Position numbers and translations under genes: made by a program
Shown here: in pieces, positions 19,863 through 28,998 of the stretch
How the letters are laid out: every line of letters starts with the position of its first letter
Numbering within the stretch: position 1 is the stretch's first letter
DNA from: Candidatus Marinacidobacterales bacterium
GTDB taxonomy: Bacteria; Acidobacteriota; Vicinamibacteria; Marinacidobacterales; SMYC01
Direction: 5' to 3'
Length of the DNA stretch: 64,000 bases
Assembly (NCBI GenBank): GCA_965224085.1
Contig: CBDCYI010000004.1
Location: 896,001-960,000, forward strand
The notes under the pieces: model-generated
Told to the model about the DNA's origin: nothing
Database searches by the model: none
What the model saw: only the letters and a program-made list of their open reading frames with translations

Positions 19863-20834
19863 TCAGTTCTTAACGATACCGAGCTCACGCATCGCATGAC
19901 GCGCTTGCTCATACATTTGTGTAATCTGGGCATTCCAATCCGACGCTCCCGCCATCGAGCTCTGATCGAGCCCCGCGCCCGCTAAATAGCTCTGATACGT
20001 GGGATGCGAAAGGCCCTCGAGCAAAGCTTGTTCAAGAACGCGAATCCGATCTTTTGGCGTCCCCTTCAAAACGACGTAGCCGCGCACGGTGGAGTACTGG
20101 ACGTCGTAGCCGAGCTCGACTGTCGTCGGGACTTCGGCGATCGCTTCCATGCGCTTGGACGCCATGACGGCGAGCGCTCGAAAATCGCCCCGGCGAATCT
20201 GGTCGAGACCTTCCGTGAGATTCAAACCCGCGGCGTCGATGTTGCCGCCCATCAAGTTCGTAACGATCTCGCCGCCGCCGCCGAACGGAACGACGCTGAG
20301 CTCGGTATCGGCACTTTCAGCGAGCATGGCCCCTGCCACGTGATCGACGCTTCCGATCTGCGTCGCTCCCCACTTGACGGGACGCTGCCGGCCGAGCAGG
20401 AACAAATCGTCGAGCGTCTCGACGGCGCTGTCGGCACGCACCATTACAACTATCGGGTCGTCCGCCGCGCGCGCGATCCCGACGAGATCGTCAATGCTCA
20501 GCTTCGCCTGGCCGCGCGCGAGCGCAAAAAGATGTGTAGGGGTGATGCCCATCAATGTATAACCGTCCCGCGGCTGAGTGCTCACGTAGCTCATCGCCAC
20601 GAGCCCGCCGCCCCCGACCTTGGGCACGACTGCCATCCCCACCCCGAGCGCCTCGCGCGCGCCGACCAGCATGGCGCGTGCGGTCGCGTCCGTGCCGCCG
20701 CCGGGGGACGCGTGGGTGACGATGTCTATGGGTTTCGACGGAAAAGTCCCCTCGACCGTCTCGCAGCCAACCGTCGCGACGGCAACGATGCTAATCATGG
20801 AGACGCTCTGGGAAACGGCTCGGATATCGAACAC
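19863..20834 (-). CDS. tctC: Tripartite tricarboxylate transporter substrate-binding protein
   Basis: FPSKPIDIV..PGGGTD, DGYTL, VPFGGGGE and VPTTVELG. Confidence 0.92.
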   Translation of the reverse strand: MFDIRAVSQSVSMISIVAVATVGCETVEGTFPSKPIDIVTHASPGGGTDATARAMLVGAREALGVGMAVVPKVGGGGLVAMSYVSTQPRDGYTLMGITPTHLFALARGQAKLSIDDLVGIARAADDPIVVMVRADSAVETLDDLFLLGRQRPVKWGATQIGSVDHVAGAMLAESADTELSVVPFGGGGEIVTNLMGGNIDAAGLNLTEGLDQIRRGDFRALAVMASKRMEAIAEVPTTVELGYDVQYSTVRGYVVLKGTPKDRIRVLEQALLEGLSHPTYQSYLAGAGLDQSSMAGASDWNAQITQMYEQARHAMRELGIVKN

Positions 20835-21306
20835 AGATAGCTCCTGGCGCGAAAGAGTACCACGCGCTCTGGTCAGTTCTGCGATGCTGGCGCTGTGCTC
20901 ATTTGACGCACAAGCTCCAAAAAGTGACGTTCCTTCGGCGTTGTTTGGCTTCGTTTTGGGAGCCGAGCACGGGCCGACTCAGTTGGCAGGCTGTCCCACC
21001 GCGGAGGTCTTGTCCGCGCGATTGCTGGCATAGAGGTGACCGATTTGCAATCCAGGAAGCCAGGTAAAATCTAGGATTTGGGGACATCGGCTCGAAGCGA
21101 GATTCTACGCGTGCAGGGTCGTGAGACCGGACTCGAGCTCGAACAGCTCCTATCCGAGTCGCTTCCTATCACATCGTTGGCGCCGCAAGCCCATCCCAGG
21201 GCCTCGCGCATCTGCGTCACCCTCCTCAGAATGTGCCCTCGTACTGCTCGATTCCTCGACGTCGGCCGGCTGTGGAGCTCCGTCCTGACGCGATACTAGT
21301 CTCTCG

Positions 21307-21444
21307 ATGTCCTATGACGCGATCGTCGTCGGATCCGGAATCACTGGCGGCTTCGCCGCGAAGGAACTCACCGAGCGAGGCCTCGAGACCCTCGTCCTCG
21401 AAGCGTGGCGCTCGATAGCACCCGAGCACGACTACGATTCCTGA
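21307..21444 (+). pseudogene. GMC oxidoreductase N-terminal remnant
   Basis: [33 protein letters not shown], stop after 45 aa. Confidence 0.8.
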
Positions 21445-21754
21445 AAGACGAGTGCTAAATCCTCGGCGAGCGCCATGAAGATACCATCGATGTGGATATG
21501 ACCGAACGGGAGCGGAACTTCGAGAAAATATTTAGCATCTCGGCCGAGCACCAGATCGCGCAACATGCGCGCTCCCGTCTCGTTTGCACGGTCGCAGAGC
21601 GACGCGACTACGGTGTCCTCTGGCTTTCCTCCTGGCTTTCCTCCTGCTCTCCTCCTGAAGACCGGCGTAACTTACTCGTTCCAGAGGACAAAGACAACGG
21701 CGTTTGGAGACCCCGGAGATTCGTTTCTATAATGCGATCGTCGAGGAGGTATCC

Positions 21755-23596
21755 ATGCCCACTTTCAGACACGTAAGTTCCCCTCTCCTACGAGGCCTGG
21801 TAGAAATGCCCGGCCGAAGAGTGGTAGGGGCAGCTTCGGTAGGCTTCCTGCTTCTTTGGACGACGAGCTTCGCGCATGCGCAGCAACAAGATCGGACCCC
21901 CACGTTCCGCACCGGAATATCGACGGTTCTCGTCGATACCTTGGCCCTCGACGCGGACGGGAATCCCGTGACGGGACTCACGCAAGACGACTTCGAGATC
22001 TTCGAGGACGGAGTTCCCCAGACGATTGTGACTTTCGACGTGACGGACTGGACCTCCTACGTCGCCGCCAAGACCGACGGCCTCCCCGCGACCGACGCCT
22101 CCTCCATCAACACCTACCCACGCCGCTTCGTGTTCGTCTTCAACCGGCAAGGCGCTCGTTTCGCCTGGCTGAACCGCGGCAAACGCGCGCTTCGGGAGTT
22201 CATCGTCGACTCGATGGCCGAAGGCGACGAGGCGATGGTGATCGAGAACGGCTACGCGTTCAAGATCGTTCAAGAGTTCCGCTCCACCAAGAAAAGTACG
22301 ATCGAAAGCGTCCGCTCTCTGAGCCAGATGGTCGTCGATTACCCGATGGGCGCGGATCGCGCAGCCGGACAGCTCTACCGAGATCTGGAATCGCTCGGCA
22401 AGAGCCTAGAGGCGATTCCCGGCCGCAAGGTGCTCGTGCTGCTCTCGAACGAGCTCACGACGTTCACGAGCCCGGGCTCACGACGATCGAGCGAAGCCCT
22501 CACGTTGGAGCGCGCAGCGACGGCGCTCAACCAAGCCAACACCACCGTCTACACCATCGACCTTCGTGGACCGGAGAGTAACCTGTCGCTCGCGGGAGGG
22601 CTCTTTCCCCTCGCCACCGGGACTGGCGGCCGCCACTTCCGTAACAGCATCGCGTTCGAAACGCCACTCCGGCAGGTCGGCAAAGAGAACCAACGCTACT
22701 ACCTCCTGAGCTATACCCCGTCGAACCCGGAGCTCGACGGTAGGTATCGCCGCATCGAGGTCAAGGTCCGCGAACCAGGCGTCGAGATCGTCGCAAGGCA
22801 AGGCTACGTCGCGCGCGAGCCCGCCACCGTCGTCGCCGACGTGGCCGAGGCGGAGGCGAAGAGCGAAGAAGTTGGGGACGACGAGACGCAGTCACGGGTA
22901 CTTCCCGACGCACTCGAGCTCACGAGCTATCTGTTGCCCACGGGCACAGGCTCCTCGCGCGTTCCCGTGAGCGTGGCGCTGCCGCCCGAGCTTCTCTCCG
23001 CCACAGAGGATCGCAAGCTCACCGTCACCATTTCTCAGGACGACGAAACGCTCCATACGTTCGAAGAATCGGTGAACTTACAGCGCTATTTTCTCGTCGA
23101 GAACGTGGAGCTCGACCCCGGGCTCTATCTCTTGCGCATTACCCTGACCGCGGACGGAGCGCAGCTCTACCAAGCTTCGACCGGGATCCAAGTGCCGGCC
23201 GGATTCGGCGAGCGCTTCGGCCTTTCGAGCATCGTACCGGTGGTCGCGCCGGGCGCCACGAATGCGATTTCGGGCGACATCCCGATCCTCCCAACAACGA
23301 GCTTGATACGAGGGGATGACGCCTACCTGCTTTTCCAGGTTTTCGCCGGTGTCGATCGCCCTTCACGCGAGGTCGAGCTCACCTATACGCTGTTCGATGA
23401 AGGCGATAACCCAATCGACTCAGGCGGCAAAGCCGGCCCGATGGCGCTTGGTGAAGACCGGCCCGGCGGGACGCCCGTCATCTTGCGGATTCCGATGAAC
23501 GAGCTCTCCCCTGGCCCCTACCGCGTTGACATCCGCATCGAGGATCGTTCGTTGGGCCGTCGCGCCGCGAGCGAGATCGAGCTCCGCATTCGCTAA
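21755..23596 (+). CDS. Acidobacterial VWFA-related secreted protein
   Basis: PTFRTG..LVD..DGNPVTGLTQDDFEIFEDG, IPGRKVLVLLS, YYLLSYTPSN..GRYRRIEVKV..ARQGY; SD gaggaggt. Confidence 0.88.
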   Translation: MPTFRHVSSPLLRGLVEMPGRRVVGAASVGFLLLWTTSFAHAQQQDRTPTFRTGISTVLVDTLALDADGNPVTGLTQDDFEIFEDGVPQTIVTFDVTDWTSYVAAKTDGLPATDASSINTYPRRFVFVFNRQGARFAWLNRGKRALREFIVDSMAEGDEAMVIENGYAFKIVQEFRSTKKSTIESVRSLSQMVVDYPMGADRAAGQLYRDLESLGKSLEAIPGRKVLVLLSNELTTFTSPGSRRSSEALTLERAATALNQANTTVYTIDLRGPESNLSLAGGLFPLATGTGGRHFRNSIAFETPLRQVGKENQRYYLLSYTPSNPELDGRYRRIEVKVREPGVEIVARQGYVAREPATVVADVAEAEAKSEEVGDDETQSRVLPDALELTSYLLPTGTGSSRVPVSVALPPELLSATEDRKLTVTISQDDETLHTFEESVNLQRYFLVENVELDPGLYLLRITLTADGAQLYQASTGIQVPAGFGERFGLSSIVPVVAPGATNAISGDIPILPTTSLIRGDDAYLLFQVFAGVDRPSREVELTYTLFDEGDNPIDSGGKAGPMALGEDRPGGTPVILRIPMNELSPGPYRVDIRIEDRSLGRRAASEIELRIR

Positions 23597-23667
23597 ACCC
23601 GACTTTCTCTCCGCCCAGGGAGGACGACGCAACCGAATCTCGTCTGTACTCTTCAGGAGGAGAACAG

Positions 23668-24456
23668 ATGAGTAAAATCAACGCTATCGTACTGATCGCG
23701 TCTCTATCGGCAGGCACGGGCTCCGCGACGCCCATCATTCACGAGGTTTTCTACGACGCAATCGGCGCCGACACGAGCTCCGTATTCACGGAGCTTTATG
23801 GAAGCCCCGGGACCTCTTTCGACGGCTGGTCGCTCGTCGGCGTAAACGGCGCGAACGGAATGCCCTATCGCACCGTCGATCTCACGGGTGCCGTTATCCC
23901 AAGCGACCGGGTTCTGGTGCTCGCGACGGCGTCGGCCATAGGTAGCCTTCTCGCTGTGCGCGACTTCGTGGCGAACGTCGACTGGCAGAACGGCCCGGAC
24001 GCCGTGCTGCTTTATGACGCGTTTGGCGGGCTCGCGGACGCACTTCAATATGGTCACGCCGGCACCCATAACCGCGGCGCAGGAGCCCCGGCAGCGGACC
24101 CCCCGGCCGGTCTCGGGCTTACACGTGACGCACTGAGCACCGACACCGGCGACAACGCGACGGATTTCTTCGCGCTGCCGCCCACACCCGGTTTCCGCGC
24201 CGCCCCCACCCGCGTCTCCGAGCCGAACGTCTTCGGACTCGTCCTCCTGGCCGCGTGGGCCACCGCGCCGTCGTCGCCGTCCAGGGAGCGTCGAGTGAGC
24301 GGGTCCCTTCAATTGGCTGCCTTGGAGCCGCCAATACGATTCCGAATCGCGGCCCTCTCTTCGGGCGTAATCGGACGATCGGGTTGTGAAGTCACACGCG
24401 TGTGGATGGCGCGAAACTCCTCAACCAACTCCGGACTGTCCATAAAAAAAGGGTGA
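23668..24456 (+). CDS. Secreted lamin-tail-domain protein with a degenerate PEP-CTERM-like tail (3' end probably read-through)
   Basis: Signal, IIHEVFYDAIGAD..FTELYG, WQNGPDAVLL, DTGDNATDF..PTPG, then VSEP-hydrophobic-RERR. Confidence 0.7.
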   Translation: MSKINAIVLIASLSAGTGSATPIIHEVFYDAIGADTSSVFTELYGSPGTSFDGWSLVGVNGANGMPYRTVDLTGAVIPSDRVLVLATASAIGSLLAVRDFVANVDWQNGPDAVLLYDAFGGLADALQYGHAGTHNRGAGAPAADPPAGLGLTRDALSTDTGDNATDFFALPPTPGFRAAPTRVSEPNVFGLVLLAAWATAPSSPSRERRVSGSLQLAALEPPIRFRIAALSSGVIGRSGCEVTRVWMARNSSTNSGLSIKKG

Positions 24457-24470
24457 ATTATAAGTAAACC

Positions 24471-24499
24471 TTGACAAGGACTGCCCATTAGAATACCCT
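24471..24499 (+). promoter_or_regulatory. Inward-facing sigma70-like promoter with -35 inside the IR
   Basis: TTGACA-N17-TACCCT; the first stem G is 8 nt downstream, as in element A. Confidence 0.68.
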
Positions 24500-24505
24500 T
24501 CCCAC

Positions 24506-24647
24506 CGTCACACGAACGCGTGCGGCTCAACTATCGGGTCACTCGCTGAATACAATACCCTCCCCATAGGGAAATAGGCGAGATCCTGCTTGCTACCGCA
24601 TGCGTTTCGTGTGACGACTGGCCCGGTGACCAATTCACCGGGCCAGT
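24506..24647 (+). ncRNA. Putative structured RNA or 5' leader, copy 2
   Basis: Closing stem 24506-24525/24596-24616, inner stem gggtc-a-ctcgct/ggcgag-atcc, and a perfect 13-bp hairpin actggcccggtga-ccaat-tcaccgggccagt. Confidence 0.7.
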
Positions 24648-24677
24648 AATCCACGAAAGGACGCTTCGAGAATGCTC

Positions 24678-24914
24678 ATGCGGAGATCAGCATTGTTTCT
24701 ACTTATAGGTGTATTGGCTGGCTGTGGCGATGAGGGCGATAGTACACCAACGTCCCCAGCGCCGGCACCAACCACAACTCGTCAACCAACGCCAAGGCCA
24801 GCGCCAGCACCCAGACGCCCAGCCGATATCAGCTTGGCCGGTGAATACGAATGCACTAGTGAACAACCACCGCCTAGAAGGCGGTGGCTTCAAGGGCTGT
24901 CAATTGGAAATTGA
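24678..24914 (+). pseudogene. Passenger lipoprotein truncated by an IS200 fragment
   Basis: MRRSALFLLIGVLAGCGDEGDSTPTSPAPAPTTTRQP is nearly identical to the N-terminus of 6870-7361, then diverges; IS200 sequence starts at ~24859. Confidence 0.8.
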
Positions 24915-25110
24915 CTGTCGTCGTGAAGAGGCTCGCCATCCTGGGAGTCTATGTACTCCTTTACCATCTCGTCCGTTATGCTTCCTGAACTCACCGCCAG
25001 ATATCCTCGGGCCCAGAAGTGCCGGCCCCAAAACTTCTTCCTCAGGTGAGCAAACTCCTGAAGGAGTACTCGGGAGCTTATTCCTTTTAGCCACTGCACG
25101 ATCGTACTCA
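24859..25110 (-). mobile_element. tnpA: IS200 right-end fragment (3' half of tnpA)
   Basis: IVQWLKGISS..FWGRHFWARGYLAVSSGSITDEMVKEYI; hairpin ccaccgcc-tagaa-ggcggtgg; ends in TTCAC. Confidence 0.88.
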
Positions 25111-25112
25111 GG

Positions 25113-25352
25113 TTCGACGAGAAGTACGGGTTCAGGCAAGGAGAGATAATCGACGACATCGAAAAAGTGTCGGGTAAAATCGACGGGCTGTCGTCAAAGC
25201 TCGACGCGATGGGTCACCGGTTCAGCACCCTTGAGCACAATTTTGGAGTATTCGGTCAGAAGCTAGACCTCATTGGGCCGTAGGACCGAGAAGATGGATA
25301 AGCGGCTCGAACGCGTAGAGGACCGGGTCGGTAACATCAAGGTGAAGCTATG
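25113..25352 (+). pseudogene. 3' remnant of a coiled-coil passenger gene
   Basis: IIDDIEKVSGKIDGLSSKLDAMGHRFSTLE..., frameshift, ..KMDKRLERVEDRVGNIKVKL*; its stop overlaps the next ATG. Confidence 0.5.
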
Positions 25353-25541
25353 AGACCACCGATGATCATCCCCGAGCGCGACCTGGCCGGCGCCACGCCG
25401 GAGAGATTGGCCCGCGCGTTGCTGAGTCCCTTACGACCTCGCCATCGAACTGAGCCCGTTCTTGGCGACGAGGTCACGGTAGAGAAGTCGGTGTCCGACA
25501 AGCCGAGCGACGGTGTCGAGCATTTGGTCGAGAGTTCCTAG
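25350..25541 (+). CDS. Small protein convergent with and overlapping the IS1595 transposase 3' end
   Basis: MRPPMIIPERDLAGATPERLARALL; a homologous relic MRKPMIIPERYLAGTP sits at 8139. Confidence 0.6.
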   Translation: MRPPMIIPERDLAGATPERLARALLSPLRPRHRTEPVLGDEVTVEKSVSDKPSDGVEHLVESS

Positions 25542-26411
25542 GTCGCGGATGTTGTGCTTCTCAGCGAACTCATTAACGTAGCGTTGTAAGTGCTTGGGGC
25601 TCATCTTGTGGAACGCCCCCTTGTGCGCCCGCTTGAGCATCGACCAGAAGCTCTCAATCCCGTTGGTGTGCACCATTCCGTTGACGTACTCTTTGACGCT
25701 GTGCTTCACCGTCTCGTGATTGGGTAGACCGACATAGCCTCTGTGGTCGTCGGTGTAGAGCTTCGCGCTAGGATCGACATTCTTCGCGACGAAGCCTTGG
25801 AGCGTCGGTTGGTCGGTGTTGCCGATGACCTCGGCGCTGACACGGTTCGTCCGGCGGTCCTTCGCGCCGATGACGGCCGTCTTCCCTGCGGATCCTCGGC
25901 CCTTAATAGCCTGCTCGCGCTTGTGGGCGTGCTGCATGTTGCGAGCCTTCCCGCCGAAGAAGGTTTCGTCTACCTCGACAGGCCCGGCGAACGATTTGCC
26001 GTTAGGACCGCTCCACGCTTCTCGAATCCGATGGAGCATGAACCAAGCCGCGGCCTGTGAGACGCCGATGTCTCGGTGGAGCTTCATGCTCGAGACGCCT
26101 TTGAGACTAGTCAAGCAGAGGTAGATGGCGATAACCCATTTGCGGAGCGCGATCTTAGAATGGGCAATAGGGGTGCCCGTGCGAACGCTGAAGTAGCTCC
26201 GGCAGGTGGAGCACCAGTAGGGCATCGGCTTTTCGTTCGGGACTTCGCTGGTGCTGAGGCTACCGCAATGTCCGCAGCACCGAGTGCCATGCCAGATTGC
26301 AGCCTCGAACCATTTGGTTGCCGCTTCATCGGTCGGGAACATGTCCATGAGCTGAACAACGGTTATGCCTTCCCGGTGCCCTCGCCCTGGGGAGTTGTAT
26401 CGCGTCATCAT
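25431..26411 (-). CDS. IS1595-family DDE transposase
   Basis: CGHCGS..YWCSTCRSYFSVRTGT, AAWFMLHRIR, VEVDETFFGG, YTDDHRGY and HTNGIESFWSMLKR; promoter TTGACA-N17-TATTCT from the right IR. Confidence 0.96.
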   Translation of the reverse strand: MMTRYNSPGRGHREGITVVQLMDMFPTDEAATKWFEAAIWHGTRCCGHCGSLSTSEVPNEKPMPYWCSTCRSYFSVRTGTPIAHSKIALRKWVIAIYLCLTSLKGVSSMKLHRDIGVSQAAAWFMLHRIREAWSGPNGKSFAGPVEVDETFFGGKARNMQHAHKREQAIKGRGSAGKTAVIGAKDRRTNRVSAEVIGNTDQPTLQGFVAKNVDPSAKLYTDDHRGYVGLPNHETVKHSVKEYVNGMVHTNGIESFWSMLKRAHKGAFHKMSPKHLQRYVNEFAEKHNIRDLGTLDQMLDTVARLVGHRLLYRDLVAKNGLSSMARS

Positions 26412-26911
26412 GATCGTAGAATACACGATCACGGGTGCCTTGTCAATCGTTTCTTATAATTCCCCATAAAAGAGCTCATCGCCTTGGTCGTGAATGTGGA
26501 GATTCGTTGTCCCGCCCCTCTGGAAAGTTTGCTCCACTAGAATAGAGCCCATCGTCCCAGTCTTCGGCGACGCCTTAACCACAATGCCGTTCAGCAAGGC
26601 TTCGCCGCCTCCTACTTTGAGAATAAACCCTTTGGCGGGAGTCGACGACGGTGACGTCGGTTCTGGCTCGCGAGCAGCCTGCGTGGCAGGCTCTTCGCTA
26701 CACGCTGCAGAGCCAAAAAAAGCGGCTGCGATTAGCATGTGTCGCATCATTCGTCTTCCTCCTCAGAGTGCTGAAATCGCGTTGGTAGCCACCGGGCATC
26801 GAGGCTCAACGTCGCGTGGGAAGTTTTCAGCGCGCGTCGCCTCCGAGTGAACTTGACCGGCTCGGAATTGTCGACTGTGTCAAGGAGGACCAAATCGTTA
26901 GGGAAGCGTCC

Positions 26912-28108
26912 CTACCGCAGCCCAGACCCGTCAGACCCGGATATCCCGAAGCGGTGCACGACGGCGTCGTCCTCTCCCCGCACCGTAATGACCACCGGTG
27001 CGTCGCGTTCCAGGCGCCCGCGGGCGTCGCCGAACGTTTCGATGCGGATCGTGAGTCCCGCGACATCGAGGATCTCGATCGCTGGCGTCTCGCTCAAATC
27101 ACCCACTTCACCGAGGCGGGCACCTTCACGCGCCACCGGATCGGAGAACCAGATCCCGACGTCGACCTCGAGGGGTGGTGCCTCGCCGAACAGGAGTTTC
27201 CCTCCCCTGAGGATGATGTCGTGCTCGATGCCATCGTTTTGCGGAAGCCTCTCATAAAGCGACGGGTCCGCTTGACGGTAGCTCTCGGTGCCTATCGCGT
27301 CGAGCGCTTCCAGAATCGTGAGCACGTTGAGGGCGCGCAGGTCCTGTTTCTGGGGATCCCCGCGAAGTGCGCCCGACTCGATGAGCACCGTGCTCGTGCC
27401 CCAAGCTTGCATCAAATCGCCGAATGCGCGCGGGTTGAACGTGTCGTCATATTTCGCGATGTGGCCGCCGATCGTCGGCTCTAGAACGGAGACAATCGTC
27501 GCGGCGACCAGTCGGGCGCGCGCGCGCACGTCTCCGTAGATGCGGGCTTCGTTTGCGGCGGGTGCGAGGAGCGCAATCGCGACTTGGCCACCGTTTTTAC
27601 CGGCGAGGGTGCGGGCGTTCTGGTCGTGGAGGTTGAAACCGAAATCAGGCTCGAGGCAGTCACGAAGCTCTTTGAGAGTTTGGCCTTCCGGGGTCGCGAG
27701 ACGGCGCGCGTCGCGGTTGATGTCGACCCCGATCGCGTTACCGCGGGCGAAAACCTCGGCGCCGTCGGGGTTGAGCATCGGCACCAGTGTGATGCTCAGA
27801 TTTCGTTGCAAACGCTCCCTGAGAGGCTCACGCTCACCCTCGGCGAAAAAGCGCACGATATCGACGAGCGCCATCGTGGCCGTGGCCTCGTCGCCATGCA
27901 TTTGCGACCACAGCAGCACCTTCGTCTCGCCTTCGCCAAAGTGCAGCGCTCGAATGGCACGGCCTTGTAGCGAACGGCCGATCTCCTCGACACGGATCGC
28001 CTCCAACGAGATGTAACGTGCCAGCACGTCCCAGAGCTTTTCGTGGTTGAAGCGGCGTTGTTCGAGTCCGGAGGCACGAAAGCGCGTAGCCACGTCTGTT
28101 CCGTTCAT
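26912..28108 (-). CDS. M14 zinc carboxypeptidase family protein
   Basis: WSQMHGDE, PMLNPDG, DINRD, FNLHDQ and LIESG. Confidence 0.9.
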   Translation of the reverse strand: MNGTDVATRFRASGLEQRRFNHEKLWDVLARYISLEAIRVEEIGRSLQGRAIRALHFGEGETKVLLWSQMHGDEATATMALVDIVRFFAEGEREPLRERLQRNLSITLVPMLNPDGAEVFARGNAIGVDINRDARRLATPEGQTLKELRDCLEPDFGFNLHDQNARTLAGKNGGQVAIALLAPAANEARIYGDVRARARLVAATIVSVLEPTIGGHIAKYDDTFNPRAFGDLMQAWGTSTVLIESGALRGDPQKQDLRALNVLTILEALDAIGTESYRQADPSLYERLPQNDGIEHDIILRGGKLLFGEAPPLEVDVGIWFSDPVAREGARLGEVGDLSETPAIEILDVAGLTIRIETFGDARGRLERDAPVVITVRGEDDAVVHRFGISGSDGSGLR

Positions 28109-28158
28109 CGGAGCGGCTCAACCAAAGCACAGAAGCGTCAGAAGCCAGTAGGCGCCCC

Positions 28159-28971
28159 TCATGCCTCGCGCTCCACGGGCATGATGAGACAGGTCGGGCC
28201 CCCGGCGCCTTTGCGAAATTCCGACAAGTCGACGCCGTGGACTTGAACGCCGCGACTATCGAGCACATCCATCGTCTCCTGATTCTCAGCTTCGTTCGCG
28301 ATGACCTCGTTCGGCGCCAGGCAAATGACATTCCCCGTCGACGGGCCTTTCTTGTCCACTTCGATCACATCGAACCCTTTGAGAAAACCCTGCGGGTAGT
28401 CGTCGCGCACGACGAGCAAACGATCCGGCGCTACGACGCTCACCGCACCGCCGAGGTGCAGATAGCCGGCGACGCCGGTGACACGCACTTCGTAGCCCAT
28501 TTTCTGAACAAGCTCCGAAATCTGCTGTACGCCGCTTTCGTTCGTTCGGACCGAATGGCCGACGAAGGCCACGCCGCCATGGATGGTGACGTCGCCTCCC
28601 TCCACCGTCCCAGGTGCTTCGATCTCCCCCGCGCAAGCCTCGCCGTGCTCTTCGAGCACCGCGCCGAGCCATGCTTCCTCCCCGCGCCGTGTGTCGATTC
28701 CCATTCGGAGCTTGATGTAGCCCTGCGGCGTCATGAGCGACACGTCGCGCGTGAACACGGAGTTCGGATGGCCTTCGAGCTCTGGGGCGTCGATGACCTC
28801 GGGGCCGCGCGACGCCAGCTTCTCTTGGAGAGCCGCGTGTTGCGCGATCGTCACGTCGCGGTCCGCGACCTCGTTCATGTTGTGGGCGTCGGTATCGGAG
28901 ACCTTGAAATATTCCTCTCTCGGGGTCGAGACGACGACTCGGGTGAGCCGCTCACCCTCATTCCTCAGCAT
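28159..28971 (-). CDS. Amidinotransferase/DDAH (arginine deiminase superfamily)
   Basis: PNSVFTRD, EGGDV, RTN, LHL and GGPTCL. Confidence 0.9.
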   Translation of the reverse strand: MLRNEGERLTRVVVSTPREEYFKVSDTDAHNMNEVADRDVTIAQHAALQEKLASRGPEVIDAPELEGHPNSVFTRDVSLMTPQGYIKLRMGIDTRRGEEAWLGAVLEEHGEACAGEIEAPGTVEGGDVTIHGGVAFVGHSVRTNESGVQQISELVQKMGYEVRVTGVAGYLHLGGAVSVVAPDRLLVVRDDYPQGFLKGFDVIEVDKKGPSTGNVICLAPNEVIANEAENQETMDVLDSRGVQVHGVDLSEFRKGAGGPTCLIMPVEREA

Positions 28972-28998
28972 CCTTTTCCTCCAGCAGCTTAAAGACAC

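Larger units (their letters stand above)
24452..26465 (-). mobile_element. IS1595-family element with decayed passengers (element B), 2014 bp
   Basis: IRs ggtgaattataagtaaaccttgacaagg and (reverse complement) ggggaattataagaaacgattgacaagg, 23/28 identical; no intact TSD. Confidence 0.92.
24309..26750 (-). pseudogene. Cupin-domain lipoprotein disrupted by IS1595, middle part deleted
   Basis: 26466-26750 encodes signal and lipobox up to NLHIHDQGDELFY (cupin motif 1); 24309-24451 encodes FFMDSPELVEEFRAIH...; cupin motif 2 is absent. Confidence 0.65.

Noticed and set aside
24444-24451. TSD for element B
   Set aside because: Left flank aaaaaaag and right flank ataaaaga do not match; only A-rich similarity.
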